Assembly (NCBI GenBank): GCA_051362555.1
Contig: CM120645.1
Coordinates: 6,634,001-6,698,000, forward strand
DNA from: Lingula anatina
Lineage: Eukaryota; Animalia; Brachiopoda
Direction of reading: 5' to 3'
Length of the DNA stretch: 64,000 nucleotides
This document shows, piece after piece, positions 42,027-55,000 of this stretch (positions are counted from its first letter, which is position 1; each line of letters begins with the position of its first letter). Below the pieces are notes generated by a model, which was not told where the DNA came from, searched no databases, and saw only the letters and a list, made by a program, of their open reading frames with translations. A program made the position numbers and the translations under genes.

Positions 42027-44231
42027 CGTGAAGCCTATGTTAATGTTTGAGACTTTTATGACATGTTTTATTTTTTGACCTAGGTGGTGACATCTATGTC
42101 TATGTTGATGTGTATGGTTTTCTAAAGCCAAACAAAATTGTGTCTATGCTTGTCATGCACTGAAACATTTAGATTATTTTTTTTTCTTCAATTTGTGTCC
42201 ATACATTCATTTTTTTTTTTTTCTATAAAATTAGTACCTGAATATCTGTACTTGTGTGTGTGTACCTTTTTGTTCAAAATATATTTGGCTTTCAGTGAAA
42301 CAATTTTTATAGTTGGAAAATAGCAGTGTTTGTGTTATACACCCTAATTGATTTGAAATTAATCCCATGTGTTGCACGATTATGTAATATTATATCTTAG
42401 ATATGGATATAGTGTAACATTTATAGAGATGAATCCCAACTGCTTTAATGCTAAGCAAATTCTCCTTTTGATGTGTGTGTTATCCTTAATTGCCAAATTA
42501 AAACATTTCCCTACAAATTACGTAGAGGAATCATTATGTTGTTTTGTAAAAGTTTAAGATTGACACAATTTAAATAAATCATTCCAACCTTTTCAAATTT
42601 TATATTTGGGGAGGGGGGGGATCATTATAAGAAAGAAATGTGGAGACTTCTTCAGCAAAAGAATGTATCAAGGCCTAATTGATTTGATGACTGTTGTTGA
42701 TAACATACACATCCAGCATATCTGAAACATCTCCCGTTTTCTTCCCTATGTGCTTACCCCCCCCTTTTCTGTCCCTTTGTTCCTGGACATGCATTTTTCA
42801 CTCTGTAAAGACAGTAGGGCAATGATTGTTTATATACCCCTCTGTACTAACACCCCACCCCCCAACCTTCAGCCTAATACTTTGTGCTAACACCCCTACC
42901 CACCCGACCACCTGCCCACCCCCTCTTACCAGGCTTCTCAGTGTCATGTGTTTGGTGTGTGTTTCTGTTGCAGTTTCACAGCCATCAGATCATGCACTGT
43001 AGCGTGCTGCTGGGCGCACTGCTCAGTTATTACGGAATGCTGGAGCTGGCTCACAATGTGCTGGGGGCTGGAGACTGCACTGCTACTGCTGTTACTGCTA
43101 CTGCTACTGCTGCTACTGCTGCTGTACCCTCGTCATACTAATATTGCTTCTCTCGAGTTGCTGACTTACAGGTGGTGGAGTGGTTGGTGTTTGTTGTTGC
43201 AATGTTGTGATTTGTTTTGATATGAAGCTGGTCTCATGTTGGCACGTGAAATTTGGGAAAAAAAATTCCTTGAAAGAAAATTTAATTTCCTGCTAATATT
43301 TGGCCAGGGGCTCAATGTGATTAATTTTGGTCAAACATCAGCTTATTTAAATAAAGGATATAGTATTGAGTTAAATCATGCCACATGGAGACCAGCTTTG
43401 AATAGAATTGGCTAACTTTATATCACCCCCCCCCCCCCCCTCAAAAAAAAAAAAAAGATTAATAATAACAATAAATAAATGAACGAATAGATTAAGTTAA
43501 CTAACAAAAAAAGGAAGTCTGAGAAAGTGTTCAATTCAAAGTCTCTGTTCAGAAAACATCAGCGTCAATATTGATCAGTTAATCTCCATAGTAAGGGGAA
43601 AGGAAATGACTGAGTCATATTGGTATTTTCTTTACCATAATTTCTGAATAAAAGTGTTTACTTAAATTCCCCATGCCTGTGGTTTCCAGGTAAAGTTAGT
43701 ACCTAATTCCTTCAAATAATAACTATTGTTTGCTTTATAGGTATGTTTTTTATATAATTTTTTTTATTGTACTAATCTTGTAATTTTCCTTTTTCAGTTT
43801 TTTGTTCAATATTTTGGTGTTTTTTTCTTACTATTTTGTATTTTATTATAGCATTGTGATTGGAAAGGATTTTTGATTGATTCAGTGTATCTTTTATGAT
43901 TCAAAGAAGAGACCTTGGTTATGTTTGCTGCAAAAATTTATCCACTGGACGTTGCATTCAATGAAAACGTGTGAAGCTTTTTATGAATGATTATTTATGT
44001 ATTTTTTGTAAAATCACCCGTTATGCATTTTATTAACACACTTATTTGATTCAGAACAACAAATGCCACACAATTTTCATGTCATTGTCCTATTATTATT
44101 TCCAGTTCCAAAGCCACCAGATATTCCATATGTTTGTACTGGCAGGGGCATTTGTCCACTATCATGGAATATCAGAGATAGCCAACTATAGACTCACCTT
44201 GGGAGACTGTGTAGAGGCAGTGGTGGCTTAA
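36056..44231 (+). CDS. ADIPOR: Adiponectin receptor (AdipoR/PAQR class I), whole gene span
   Basis: Six exons join to 1290 nt / 429 aa; LPNWLKDNEFLLHGHRP, IHTETGNIWTHLLG, SWVFHTVYCHS, LDY, PERIFPGKCDIW, SHQIFH. Confidence 0.95.
36804..36896 (+). CDS. ADIPOR: Candidate AdipoR cassette exon (LMLQQVLEPELTLPKKKSRKQKYSCICCAKQ)
   Basis: Long polypyrimidine tract then tag|, 93 nt open, CAG|gtaaaa; phase 0-0. Confidence 0.55.
39787..40069 (+). CDS. ADIPOR: AdipoR exon
   Basis: HNSENDDEE...MEQAEEFVKK...ETGNIWTHLL G|gtatga. Confidence 0.95.
40374..40554 (+). CDS. ADIPOR: AdipoR exon (TM1-2, SxxxH motif)
   Basis: FIAFIGIAGYF...QEKAVFSAFFLGAILCLGFSWVFHTVYCHSERVGRLFN; donor gtgagt. Confidence 0.95.
40940..41127 (+). 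CDS. ADIPOR: AdipoR exon (TM3-4)
   Basis: LDYCGIALLTMGSFVPWLYYSFYC...WDKFAEPRFRAVRA G|gtaag. Confidence 0.95.
41500..41693 (+). CDS. ADIPOR: AdipoR exon (TM5-6)
   Basis: VFVALGLSGVIPACHY...YAIRFPERIFPGKCDIW|gtaggt, phase 0. Confidence 0.95.
42974..43141 (+). CDS. ADIPOR: AdipoR alternative (duplicated, divergent) terminal exon 7A
   Basis: ttgcag|TTT CAC AGC CAT CAG: FHSHQIMHCSVLLGALLSYYGMLELAHNVLGAGDC + T/A-rich tail + TAA; phase 0. Confidence 0.75.
   Translation, partial: FHSHQIMHCSVLLGALLSYYGMLELAHNVLGAGDCTATAVTATATAATAAVPSSY
44106..44231 (+). CDS. ADIPOR: AdipoR canonical terminal exon 7B (TM7)
   Basis: ttccag|FQSHQIFHMFVLAGAFVHYHGISEIANYRLTLGDCVEAVVA*. Confidence 0.93.
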   Translation, partial: FQSHQIFHMFVLAGAFVHYHGISEIANYRLTLGDCVEAVVA

Positions 44232-44569
44232 CATATGTATATATATATACACACACAAGATACACGAGAGACAGGCAGACATACGGGCCAGTATGCATGT
44301 TTATGGAAACTGTAAACAGACTTGCATGCAAAGCACAGTACAAATTGATATGGCCAGCAGTGACTTTAGTAGCAGTGGTGACCAAAATTGTACACAAAAA
44401 TCACACACACAGAAGTGCATCGAAGTTTTCACAATCCTCGTTTGATAACTAAGAAAGGGGAAGATGCAAAAATCTCTCACTAGCACACACATACATGCTT
44501 GTTTGTTTTTGTGTTTGTAGAGTGGAATTGCATCGGAGTAGAAATCTTGGTGATATTACTAAGTGGCAG

Positions 44570-44571
<2 letters not shown>

Positions 44572-44618
<47 letters not shown>
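44572..44618. repeat. (AT)n microsatellite in the presumed AdipoR 3'UTR
   Basis: Direct reading. Confidence 0.9.
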
Positions 44619-44623
<5 letters not shown>

Positions 44624-46799
44624 TTTTTTTCATTACATTGGAGGTCAACCTGCTTATAGTGATATTTATCTAGCAGAACAAAAACAAACAAACAAACTTA
44701 AAATGTAGTTTAATGCTGACATTGTTCTCATTATTTAAACAGAATTGTTTTTTGTATCATTTATCTTATATTTTATTGCCCATGTCACCTTGATATTTTA
44801 ATTTCCACTGTAAAAACTTAGTATGGGAAATGTAGAAAAATGACACCTTGAGCAGGCTGTAATTTGGGTGTAAGTGTTACTGTGAACGGACATTTCGGAA
44901 ATGGTTCATATGGCGTGGTTCACTGGAGTATTTAGTTTATAATTACTACAGTGTGATTATCTAGACTGTTTTGTATTAATGGTTAGCTTGTGACCAAGGA
45001 TGTAAACGTATTATATTCATTGACACTTGAATTCAACGATACCAACGGAATAGTTTTCAAATTTCCTAAAACTTTTCTAGTCTTGGTAGAAGCATTAGGA
45101 TTACATCAGAAAAGTATTGGTAAACAAACAAACAAACAAAAAATAACAATGAAAATTACAGTTAAAAAAAAAAAAACGTAAAAATATCGGGAGGTGTGTG
45201 GAGTTGCCTTTGCTGCAAGTTACTCTTTTGAATGGTGGAAAAGTGTTCGTTAATTTATTTCACGTTAGAACATATTTAATTAGGCTATCTAAATTTTTTG
45301 ACGGGATTTTTTATCTGGAAAATGCACCTTTTCTTTGACGTCTATTATAGGGCGGGCCAACTTGTGAGCGTACCATAGTACGTGAGATCGTCAGAAGGAG
45401 AGAATTGGTAAAGTTCTCTGAAAATGTAGTGTATTTCAGCCATGTGTATATTACAAAAACGACCACTGTGGATTGAAAATATATATTTATTGTTATCAAA
45501 CTGTATTTAAAAACTCCTGTTAGCAGCCACCATGTTATAAGTGCTGGGTTTGAATATATGTACTATGTTCAGGGGGTGCTAATGAGGTTGTTAGTTAAAA
45601 TACCAAATTCTGTGATACCCACATTGCTTGTTGTTTGTTAATGTTTAACGTGTAGTCCATGAAAGATGACTTGCTGAAATGCTGATTTTTAAAAAATTAT
45701 TTATGATCACCCGAATAAAGGAAACTTAGGCTGATTTCCGTGTTGTGTTTATAAATTTTGAAAGTATGACCCCGCCGTGGGTGAAGTGAGGTATCAAGCG
45801 GTTGGAATGCAAATCGCAGTGGAAATCTGATCATTTCGTAATTTAGACTCGAGGACTTCTGCAAAAAAGGAAAAATTCACTTCCAAATGGAGGAATATAA
45901 AATGCCTTCATTTGTTAATTTTTTATCAGGATAGTATGTCATACATGTATAACAGTTACTGTAGGGTTTGGAAATCAATTTGATTGTACAACATAACGGA
46001 ATGAATAATCTACACTTGAAATATTATCTTTGTTTTGCAACAGGGCCACAGGTTGATGTTTCACTTGATATTCAAATATATATATGTTCCTGGCTTAACC
46101 ATGAAACGGTTCTCTGCTGTGAGAAAAGTACACGTAATTAATCTGAGCCCTTGTTAGAAGGTACCTCCAATAAGCTTTTTTTTTACTTCCTTCTTAACCA
46201 TTTCTCACACCAATTATTTTACCGACAGCGCAACAGGTATATAATCCTTTTTTTTAATAATGTGCTGAGCTTCTTACTATTTCATATACAGACTAGAAAT
46301 CCATGATAACAGTAGAGATTTCGCGTTCAGCATGCGATTTTATACACCGAGGAACGCGGAATACATTTTCTTTGGCTTGATTCCATTTACACATAAGATG
46401 CACAATTTAAAACTTACGTACGTATAATGTTGAACAAAATTAAAACAACGTGTCTTCAGTGCACCTCCATATATTTGGAGTAAAGAATGTATGCCATCCT
46501 TTTAAAAATAAGACGTTTTGTAGAGCTTAGCATTAATGAATTGTATAACACTAGTGAACACATGAGCGGTAGTCATACATGTAATAAGTCACGTATCTTG
46601 TCGAAACGATTTTTTTTTTTTCAAATTAAAATATTACTTTAACAATATTAGTGGATAAAATGTTTCAAGTTTTAAGTCCCATTTCTCAAACCCAGTGTCA
46701 CAGATGGTGCCATTAATTGAAATTCCATTGAATCATCAGAGGCAATTTTCGATTTAAGAGACATTTCCACCCAAATGATGTATTTGGTGCGTGTTCCAG

Positions 46800-47240
46800 A
46801 CTTTCATAATAAGACCCTGCTTCAGACAATTCCATCCAATGCTTGTCATTATACTCAATAACACGAAGGACTTCTTCGCCGAGGTGATCGGGTTATCAGA
46901 GGTTGTTACACATCAACCGCGAAGCACCACGCCGTCCCTATTGCCAAACAAGTCGTTTCCTTATATACGTTGAATACGAGTGGGACGCTAATGGGAGATG
47001 TTCGTGTGGTAGAGAAAATCGAAATGAAGTTCCGAGGTGTTGGAGAACCAAGCAAGCGACAGAGCGTTAGAGGTTATCAGGCATCTTTTTCAAAAGAACA
47101 GGTCACGAACATATTTACCGAACTGACTTTGGTCGCTTCAGATACAAATACGTGTACAACAGCTCACTGTTGGCTTTTTAAAATGGTGTTGGTTATTCAA
47201 GCACTTGTCTGTTGATTGCTAGACGCTTTTCAATATGTTT
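46800..47240 (-). mobile_element. Possible heavily decayed non-LTR retrotransposon RT fragment
   Basis: Frameshifted minus-strand peptides PLVFNVY / NDL / CFAVDV resemble the LINE RT motifs PLLFNIYINDL...FADD. Confidence 0.3.
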
Positions 47241-47683
47241 ATGACAGCGCACAAGGACAGTTGGATCGAGCAACAGAGTCGACACAAATTAATAAATAAT
47301 AATTGGCATAAACTGCGAAATCCGCTTTCAAATTTCAAGAGAGTGCGACAGTTATAACATTTCCATTACACCATTGTTATTACATCTGAAATGAAATCTA
47401 TCTCTCTCAGTCTGTCTCTCTTTCTCATGTAAGGCAATTAAAATTACCAGCGATGCTCCCTGAAGACAAATGAGAAATGAAGTGATATGGTTCAATGTGT
47501 TAATTGATCCATCGGTCCTCGGCAGTGGCTTATTTGTGATAGTACGAGTAGATATCATTTCCACTGATAATGGAACACTACTAATTTGCGGACGCGGACA
47601 ATTGCGTCTTCCCGTAATGGCCTGCGTCTACAAGAGAGAATTCCAGAGCTGTGTAGAATGAAGCTTCAGTTTTTCTAGTCTTC

Positions 47684-47843
47684 AGTGGATGTCTTTCGTC
47701 TTATTAAATGAAAAGTAGCTTTCAGTACAATTGAGTTTGTTGTTAAACTGCAGTTCTTAAAGCTAAATGTCTTCTCTTTAGTGGATGTCTTTGGTCTTAT
47801 TAAATGAAAAGTACCTTTCAGTACATTAAGTTTATTGTTAAAC
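47684..47843. repeat. Local direct duplication (~64-bp block, 96-bp offset)
   Basis: agtggatgtcttt.gtcttattaaatgaaaagta.ctttcagtaca at 47684 and 47780. Confidence 0.8.
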
Positions 47844-49019
47844 AGAGGGATCAATGGCGAATGTGGGCCATCCTCTTTTCATCTTTTTTTTTTTTTAATT
47901 CCGTTTATGTTCCGTTTTTGAAACAAAAATTACCTGTTTTACTAAAAGTCATCGCGTCAAATGAAAAAAATTGTACCACAGAAAGTATGTCAAGGTGACC
48001 TATTTACTCAGCTAAAATTCCACTGGCACATTCGATTATTTGAAGCTTCTGTGCTGATGATTCAAACGACATCGTTATTTCAAAATAGTGTGTTCCCCAT
48101 GTTGAAACACATTATGGAAGACTGTAAAGGCTGTAACACATTACTGAAGACCTTAAAGACAGCAGGCGCTGATACATAATTCTTTTAAAAACGACAAAAC
48201 AACGACGTCTTCAATATTGTTAAATTCCTAGAACTGGCAACCTGCTTGTTTTCTTACATAAAACAAAACAAGGTCACACCGAGGCAACACCTGCTAATGC
48301 ATAGACACTGATAACTTGCATATATGTAAAGCTTGATCGATCATCAGCGTCGCACCGATACTCTCTGTTGGTATCAGTGCAACCTTGGTTGGCTTCTCCT
48401 TCGGTAATGCGTCTTCATGCCGCCGCGATTGCCGATGCAGTGTGGGATCAAGTACTATTAGATACTATCGTTCCCGGCCACGCTGTCAGCTATACAATAT
48501 TGAAGACGTCGTCGGCTTAGATGAAAGCTGCTCTCAGAGACAGATTGAGCGGATTGAGAGTTACCTGGGAAATTAGATTGAGTTTGGAAATTCGATTGAG
48601 GATTTTAGAAAATAGTCAAAACTGTCACAGTGTTCGGCGTGTTTAGTCGAAGGTTGAAGCGTTAGGTATATTTATATCACCGTTACGACAGTATGATTAA
48701 GAAGTGAATCGACACTGGAGATACCAAAGGGCGGCGACGGTTGTCATCGCCTCCAGCGCTTTCCATTTGTGAGGAGCTTTAAAACGTAGGAAGATGTTCT
48801 GACTCTCACCGTCTATTGTACGTTGGAATTTTCCTGCAGCGATCCAGTCAACGCAATCGAAGACAACCTTCAGTAAAAAGCAGTCTCACTTAAGCGATCG
48901 TGATGAAGATCTGATCATCTACAGATTGTTGCTGTATTCTATACATCGGAGACATTTAAATACACTGGACACTGCGGAAAGATAAGAGATGACGGATGGC
49001 TCCTGAGAGGGATTCGAAC

Positions 49020-49071
49020 ATGAAGTGGATTCTCTGCGTGACCGCTGCGCTCGTACTGGTGGCGGGGAAAG
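49020..49071 (+). CDS. Ly6 gene exon 1 (signal peptide MKWILCVTAALVLVAGK)
   Basis: aacATG, hydrophobic core, G|gtacgt phase 1, matching the acceptor at 63023. Confidence 0.75.
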
Positions 49072-52000
49072 GTACGTTATGTAATTACATAATATCACGA
49101 TACATATTAAAATCTTTGGTTATTAATATCAGGATTCATATCTGTTGGTGTTGTTCGGTATTTTCCATAACATAAAGATTTCTAAAACATTATAGCAAGC
49201 TACTACCCGGTTTGTTATCGGTGGTTTGTTCTTGAAGCGAACGTAAAAACCCACACTCACCAAAACTAATACATACACATTAATGGAGGCCATGATGTAT
49301 ACCCACATATTTATGATTTAAAAGTAAACCCGCATGAAGAGATAGCTTCTTTTGGAAATAAATCAAAATAAATGAAGTCTTCATTTAGTGGCAGCAAAAT
49401 TTTAAAATACGAGACAACATGAGTCTGAAGAATGCATTTATCCCCTAGAACAGTGCTGCAGATTTTATTCAGGAAATATAATCATTCAAACATCTCTGCG
49501 TTTTTTTTTCTTTTATTATTTTATTTATTTATTTATTTTGGTAGGGGGGTTGTTGTTGTACAATTTGTCTTTTTCTTTCTGTTGCTGTCTAAATCCACGT
49601 TGCCTTGGTACTGCTGACGCGGTTCCACCAGATCGTGGTGTGTTGTGGTTCACTAATTTCTGTTTTTCAACTGCTTTGGGGTTATTTTCACTTACTGAGA
49701 ACCAGTGCTAGATGCTAATTATCATGAAAACAAGAAATATTATTGCATTTCTTAACTGGCTGCTCAGTGCAAAAAGTGAATCATGCTTTAGAGCCACACA
49801 CGTATATATAACTGAAGGTATTAAGAAATGAAATACCAATCACTGGTTAACAGCCGTATTATCCTCTGCTATTTCCAAGCCCCCCTACCTATTTTGTTCA
49901 CTACTGTAAAGATACATGTATAAAATAATAACCTAGAGAGACTGTAAAATATAATTTGTACACATTTTAGTGCACAATATTAAGTATGATTAAAAAAAGG
50001 TATTTCAATACTAAAAGATTATGTAGTGGCGTCAACAGCTGCGTCAGTGTGTGGTATATGCATAGGCATACTGCATTTAGCGATGTTTGTAAGCCCGAGA
50101 AGAACTGAGACGTTTGCTAATCATGTTTTGATTGATGAAAATTACGTAGCAACATCGATTTGTCAAAATATACAGCATCAGAAGCCCTAGAATTTTACAT
50201 TAAAATTGCATCACTCTTTTCACTGCACTCGTAAGATGTCCTTGAAGTGACTGGTGACATTTCAGTACATGTTTTTTCATATTCTGACAATGGAACACTG
50301 TCAAGCAGGCTATATTGCGTTTTCTGTTGTTATTGAATTAAATCAATTATCTGGGAAGCGGATGGTCTAAGCATCATTATACCGGTTGCTGAAAATAACA
50401 CATTTATCGTTTTTAGTGAAAACTGCATTCAGCGAGCTAACAGCAACACGCGATATCCGAAACTGCACTATAAAGCATAGCGGCGAAGTCACTCATTGAA
50501 AACGGTGTGTGCAATCGCGTTGTCCAAATCGATTAATGGTCATTTTTCGACCATATACCAGTAAATCCACTTGCACGATCTCGGATTTAACTGGTTTTTT
50601 TTTACCTAGGTGAACTATGTTGAACGTAGTATACAGTCTAATTCATTGTGTATTATCTATCAACCACAAGAAAAGTTTATATTTGGCACACAAATTCGCC
50701 TCTTTTCCCTTCAACTTGACCCAACTTGGCCAAAAAGCACCGAATGACGCAGGCCATAAGTACACGTACCTCAGGGCATTTCGCGTTAATAAAAGAGGCA
50801 TACGAACTGGTAAATAGATATATAATAATGCACGTACTGATAATGAGACAATTGCCAATTTAAACGGTATATAATCGATTTGTTTTGAACATCGTCCATT
50901 GTCCATGTCACGTAGTCACTGATAAAATGGACGTTCGATTTATTCATTCAAAAGTATCAACTAGTAACAGCAACAACTAGAGTGTTTTTTTGTCGTTGCT
51001 GGGTTCAGGAGTTGAGTATGGACTATGATGGTCTTGGTTACATTTGAAATGAGGACAGGTTTTCTTTAAGATGGAATCGATGTCCAAGAAATACGTCAGC
51101 GCTTTTCTGGGAAGGCCAGCGTTCTTTGAAAGTTACAGATGGAAAAGCTTCTATTGCAAACCCGTGTGAGGATTAATTGAAAACATATACCTTTTCATTT
51201 CCGCAAAATTTTTACGAACTTGACTGAACACTCGGTAGAACCAGAGCGATAACGCATAATAACATGGACGTCAATATGTCAAAGATATATCTAATTTGTA
51301 ACAATAGACACACGATGAAATATGGCAAAATAGAAATACCATCAAATCATATGGTTGCCTGCTCCAATCATTCACATGGATTCTACGCATTAGAACTTTC
51401 AAGTTTCTGTTTGTCTGTGTTTCTTTGATGTTTGAAGCTTGCAATCGCTATTCATGAATATACTTTTTGAGACAGTTTATTTGACGATTCTGGGCTTTAT
51501 GTATGTTCCTTTGAGTCACGTGCAGATGGATATCCTCTTTTAAACTACATTAAGCATGGAAGAGCTTAAAATAATACCATTATAATGTCATAAATACCAT
51601 TTAAGCTTTTTATTGACATTATTATTATGTTTGATAATAGACACGAATAAGACAATTATTTTACTTCAAACGTACCAGACCCAGTGGCGCTCCATAACTT
51701 TCACATCAAATACCAGTGAATTTAGGACCATGTCAATCTGTGTTGTATACCCAATGTGCAAAACCGTTGCAGAACCTCTTCATAAAATAAAACTAAAATG
51801 AAAATAAAAAAAAAGTTAATATGATACTAACAAAGCTCCGTGCATTCTTTTCATCTTATTTTAAACTTTTTGGGTATGAAGTGTTCCAAAGACTTGTAAT
51901 GTTAAGTTGAAAATGTAAGTTTTGATGGTAATGTGGATTGTTTTATATTTGTGATTGCCTATTTGCCGGCCACAAGTTCGTAGCTAACAGTAAAAACGCC

Positions 52001-55000
52001 TCAGATAGATTGATACCGGGCTATCAGATGACACGCCAAGATAAAGAAACAGAAATGATTTATTGTTCCAAGCAGGTATTCATTTCTATTGATCTTTCAT
52101 ACTGCAAATTGTCTCATCATTTCTTCGCTTCCAACCATTTCTGAGGAACATGTTATGTAATACCTCGCTGGCGGGGCCTCGTGGGTAAACGTTTATTTCT
52201 CTAAGGGGCCTCAAGAGAAATGTGTTCTTGTGAGTTTAATTACATTGCCCATAGGCGGATGGGCGCCATATTGGGTTTTACAGCACTTACTTTCACTGTT
52301 TGGCTAGGGCTACCGAATTCCATAGCATTTCTATTCATGGATGGGGAATTCGAAGGTAGTGTTTCAGCAAGCAATGCCAATGTCAAAAGCAATGTTTTTC
52401 TTTCTGAAAAGAGGAAAACGGTCTTTTAATTGCAAAACAGCTTGTATCAGCCAAAAGACGGGCAAACATGTATACATGTATTTACAGGGTTACTTGTTGT
52501 GTAAGTTTTTGACTTTTTTTGCGAATACCACCGTCTGTGTAACTAAAGTGATATGAGATATCAGTATATAGCATACAGCTCTTAGCTAAAGCGTCTGGAT
52601 TGACCGTAAACCACTGCCAGAGAGATTATGCAATCTGAAGCCTCATGAGGGGTTCCCAACTGACAATACTTATGGATACAGCCATTATTTACCGGCTACG
52701 CTGGCAAATGCGCATTAGTTTATCTGATAACTGTTTCTGTTGTGGGTTTAAAGGCTGCATGTAGCCATAAATTCAATTACAGTTTACGATGAGTTAAAGT
52801 CCCCAGTATTAAAGATGTAATTGCAGTTTGTTTTGTGAAAAGATAACGCTGAGTATAATGGCATACAAAGATTCCTTCTTTATAATAGAAGTTTTTTTGT
52901 GCAATAACCAATATGCTGACAACTATTCTAAGGTTTTTTGAGGCCCAGTGTAACAGGAATGGTAGTTCTAGAAATGGAAGTCCAGGTTCCCTTATGATTA
53001 GTACAGGTTAGGGCTAGTCAGAGAATTGGGGTTAGTATATGGGTTGAATGCCACCAGTATATAGTATATAGTAATGGGGAACGGACTTCGGTTCCTGGAG
53101 GACTACCATTCCTGTCACACCGGCAAAGAGAGGTAAAGACGTGTTTCTACTCCCACTTCCTTCTCCTCCCCCCACCCCTTCAGTGCAGTTTAGTTACAAA
53201 TTCGGCAAATTCAGGCTCCATCATTGCTCAAACTGCCAAGAGTCATAATGGTCCCTGCCAAGAATGAAAAAGAAAAGCGAGCGCAAGGCTTTGTTGCTGT
53301 TTATCTGATTGCCTTTCATCTGATTAATTCTATTGATTAGTATGGGGACTTCATTAATGGGACTACGATACTCTGCATCTTATTCTGCTCGTCTCATTCA
53401 GAAACGGTCAGAAACAATATGCAATTTGCAATGCAGCACCTTTGATGTCTGCCTAATCGAAAGACGTTTCAGTAAAGCTTAGCTTATCTGACTCGCACCA
53501 GTGCTTAGGCTTACTATCTGAAAATTTTGATAAATATTTTTTATCTTGAAATGTTTTCTCATTTCTAGCGATTTAATGTACAGTATTTAATTTTATTTGA
53601 AGTTTAATGTATTGACCTGAAAACATCCACATTCAGAGTGGCATTTAGAAGTTTTACTCATCATCATCATCATCATCATCATAATAATAATAATAGTTAT
53701 TATTATTATTACTATTATTATTATTATTAAGTTGAAAGTTTTATTACAGAAATTGTCTGATTTATAATGGTATTAGATATCAAACGAGCATCGATGATTT
53801 GCCACTGGCAATAAGGAATTGTGTAAGCTAACGCAGCATGTTAAACAGGCGATGGTTATAAGGAAGATCTATTGTTACCATTTCCAGTTTACTTTCACCG
53901 CTAGATATGAACTGTTGAAATTGATGTATGTGAAAATGAAGTAATAGCCCTCAATGAGATAATGTATAATAACTATACTATATACTACCGGTATAGCGGT
54001 CCATTAAATAGAAATTCAATAGCAAACGTAGAGAGGGGGAAACAGATGGATTAGATGGGCTTATTGTGATTTGAAATTGCAAGTTGTTGACATTCGCTGT
54101 CCGCGCGTACTAAATTAGACCAGCCTTTTTCATTATAAACATGGCGTTAAGTTTGCCAGCAGTGTTTGGTACACTACCCGGTACTTAACTCATTGTGGGT
54201 ATAAATTCAATCTCCATCTTGTATTAAAAATCAAATAAAACCTGAATGGAAGGCAAAATGAATCCGGAATCAGTATGAGTAGATTATCCGCTCACGCGAA
54301 AAGCTGGCACCGCCGCGTGAGTGTTATTTAGCTTAGATTACTTGTTATCATTATTGAATTCAAACAAGCAGAATTGCTGCAATGAACTAGATACATTTGC
54401 TTTGACCCTTTTGGAAAATATCCTTTGAAACAGCGCACTGCATGGCTACGTTTAAATACATGCACCTAAATTTGCACTTTATTGGAATGTTTTCCCCATT
54501 CTATAAACCAGTTTCGAAGGAATGCTTATTGACGTCTTTTATTGTTATGTAATTACTTCTAACAATGCCTTTTTAGACTTTTTTCTTTAAGTGAATATGC
54601 AGAATTGCATGTAGCATTTCGCTTCGGTAGTCAATTTATGGAAAAAAGGTGGTTTAGAAGCATGTATTTATTATTTATGATTTGTTTCTTTCTAAAGAAC
54701 TCGATAGTAGAATGTTTTTTATGTGCTATAAATATTGATATGACGCTAAAACATTATCCAGTCTTACAGCCCCAAAATTCTAATGACGGTCTTTTAAATC
54801 GACTGCCTTACGCCGTTTTTTCATTGTCAAAGCAAAGCCCTAACCGTTCAGGGTGTTTGCTGCAGAGAAAACGATCTTGCATACAATATAACAGCCATTT
54901 CATAGTGTCTGGTAGTGAAAAAATGATCGTGCATACGATAGAACAGTTAATGAAGGCAACACATGTTGCACACTACAAATTATTGAATAGAATCGATTCA

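Noticed and set aside
42948-43220. Overlapping ORF with a poly-Leu, signal-like stretch
   Set aside because: Alternative frame of AdipoR exon 7A; the poly-Leu comes from the trinucleotide repeat.
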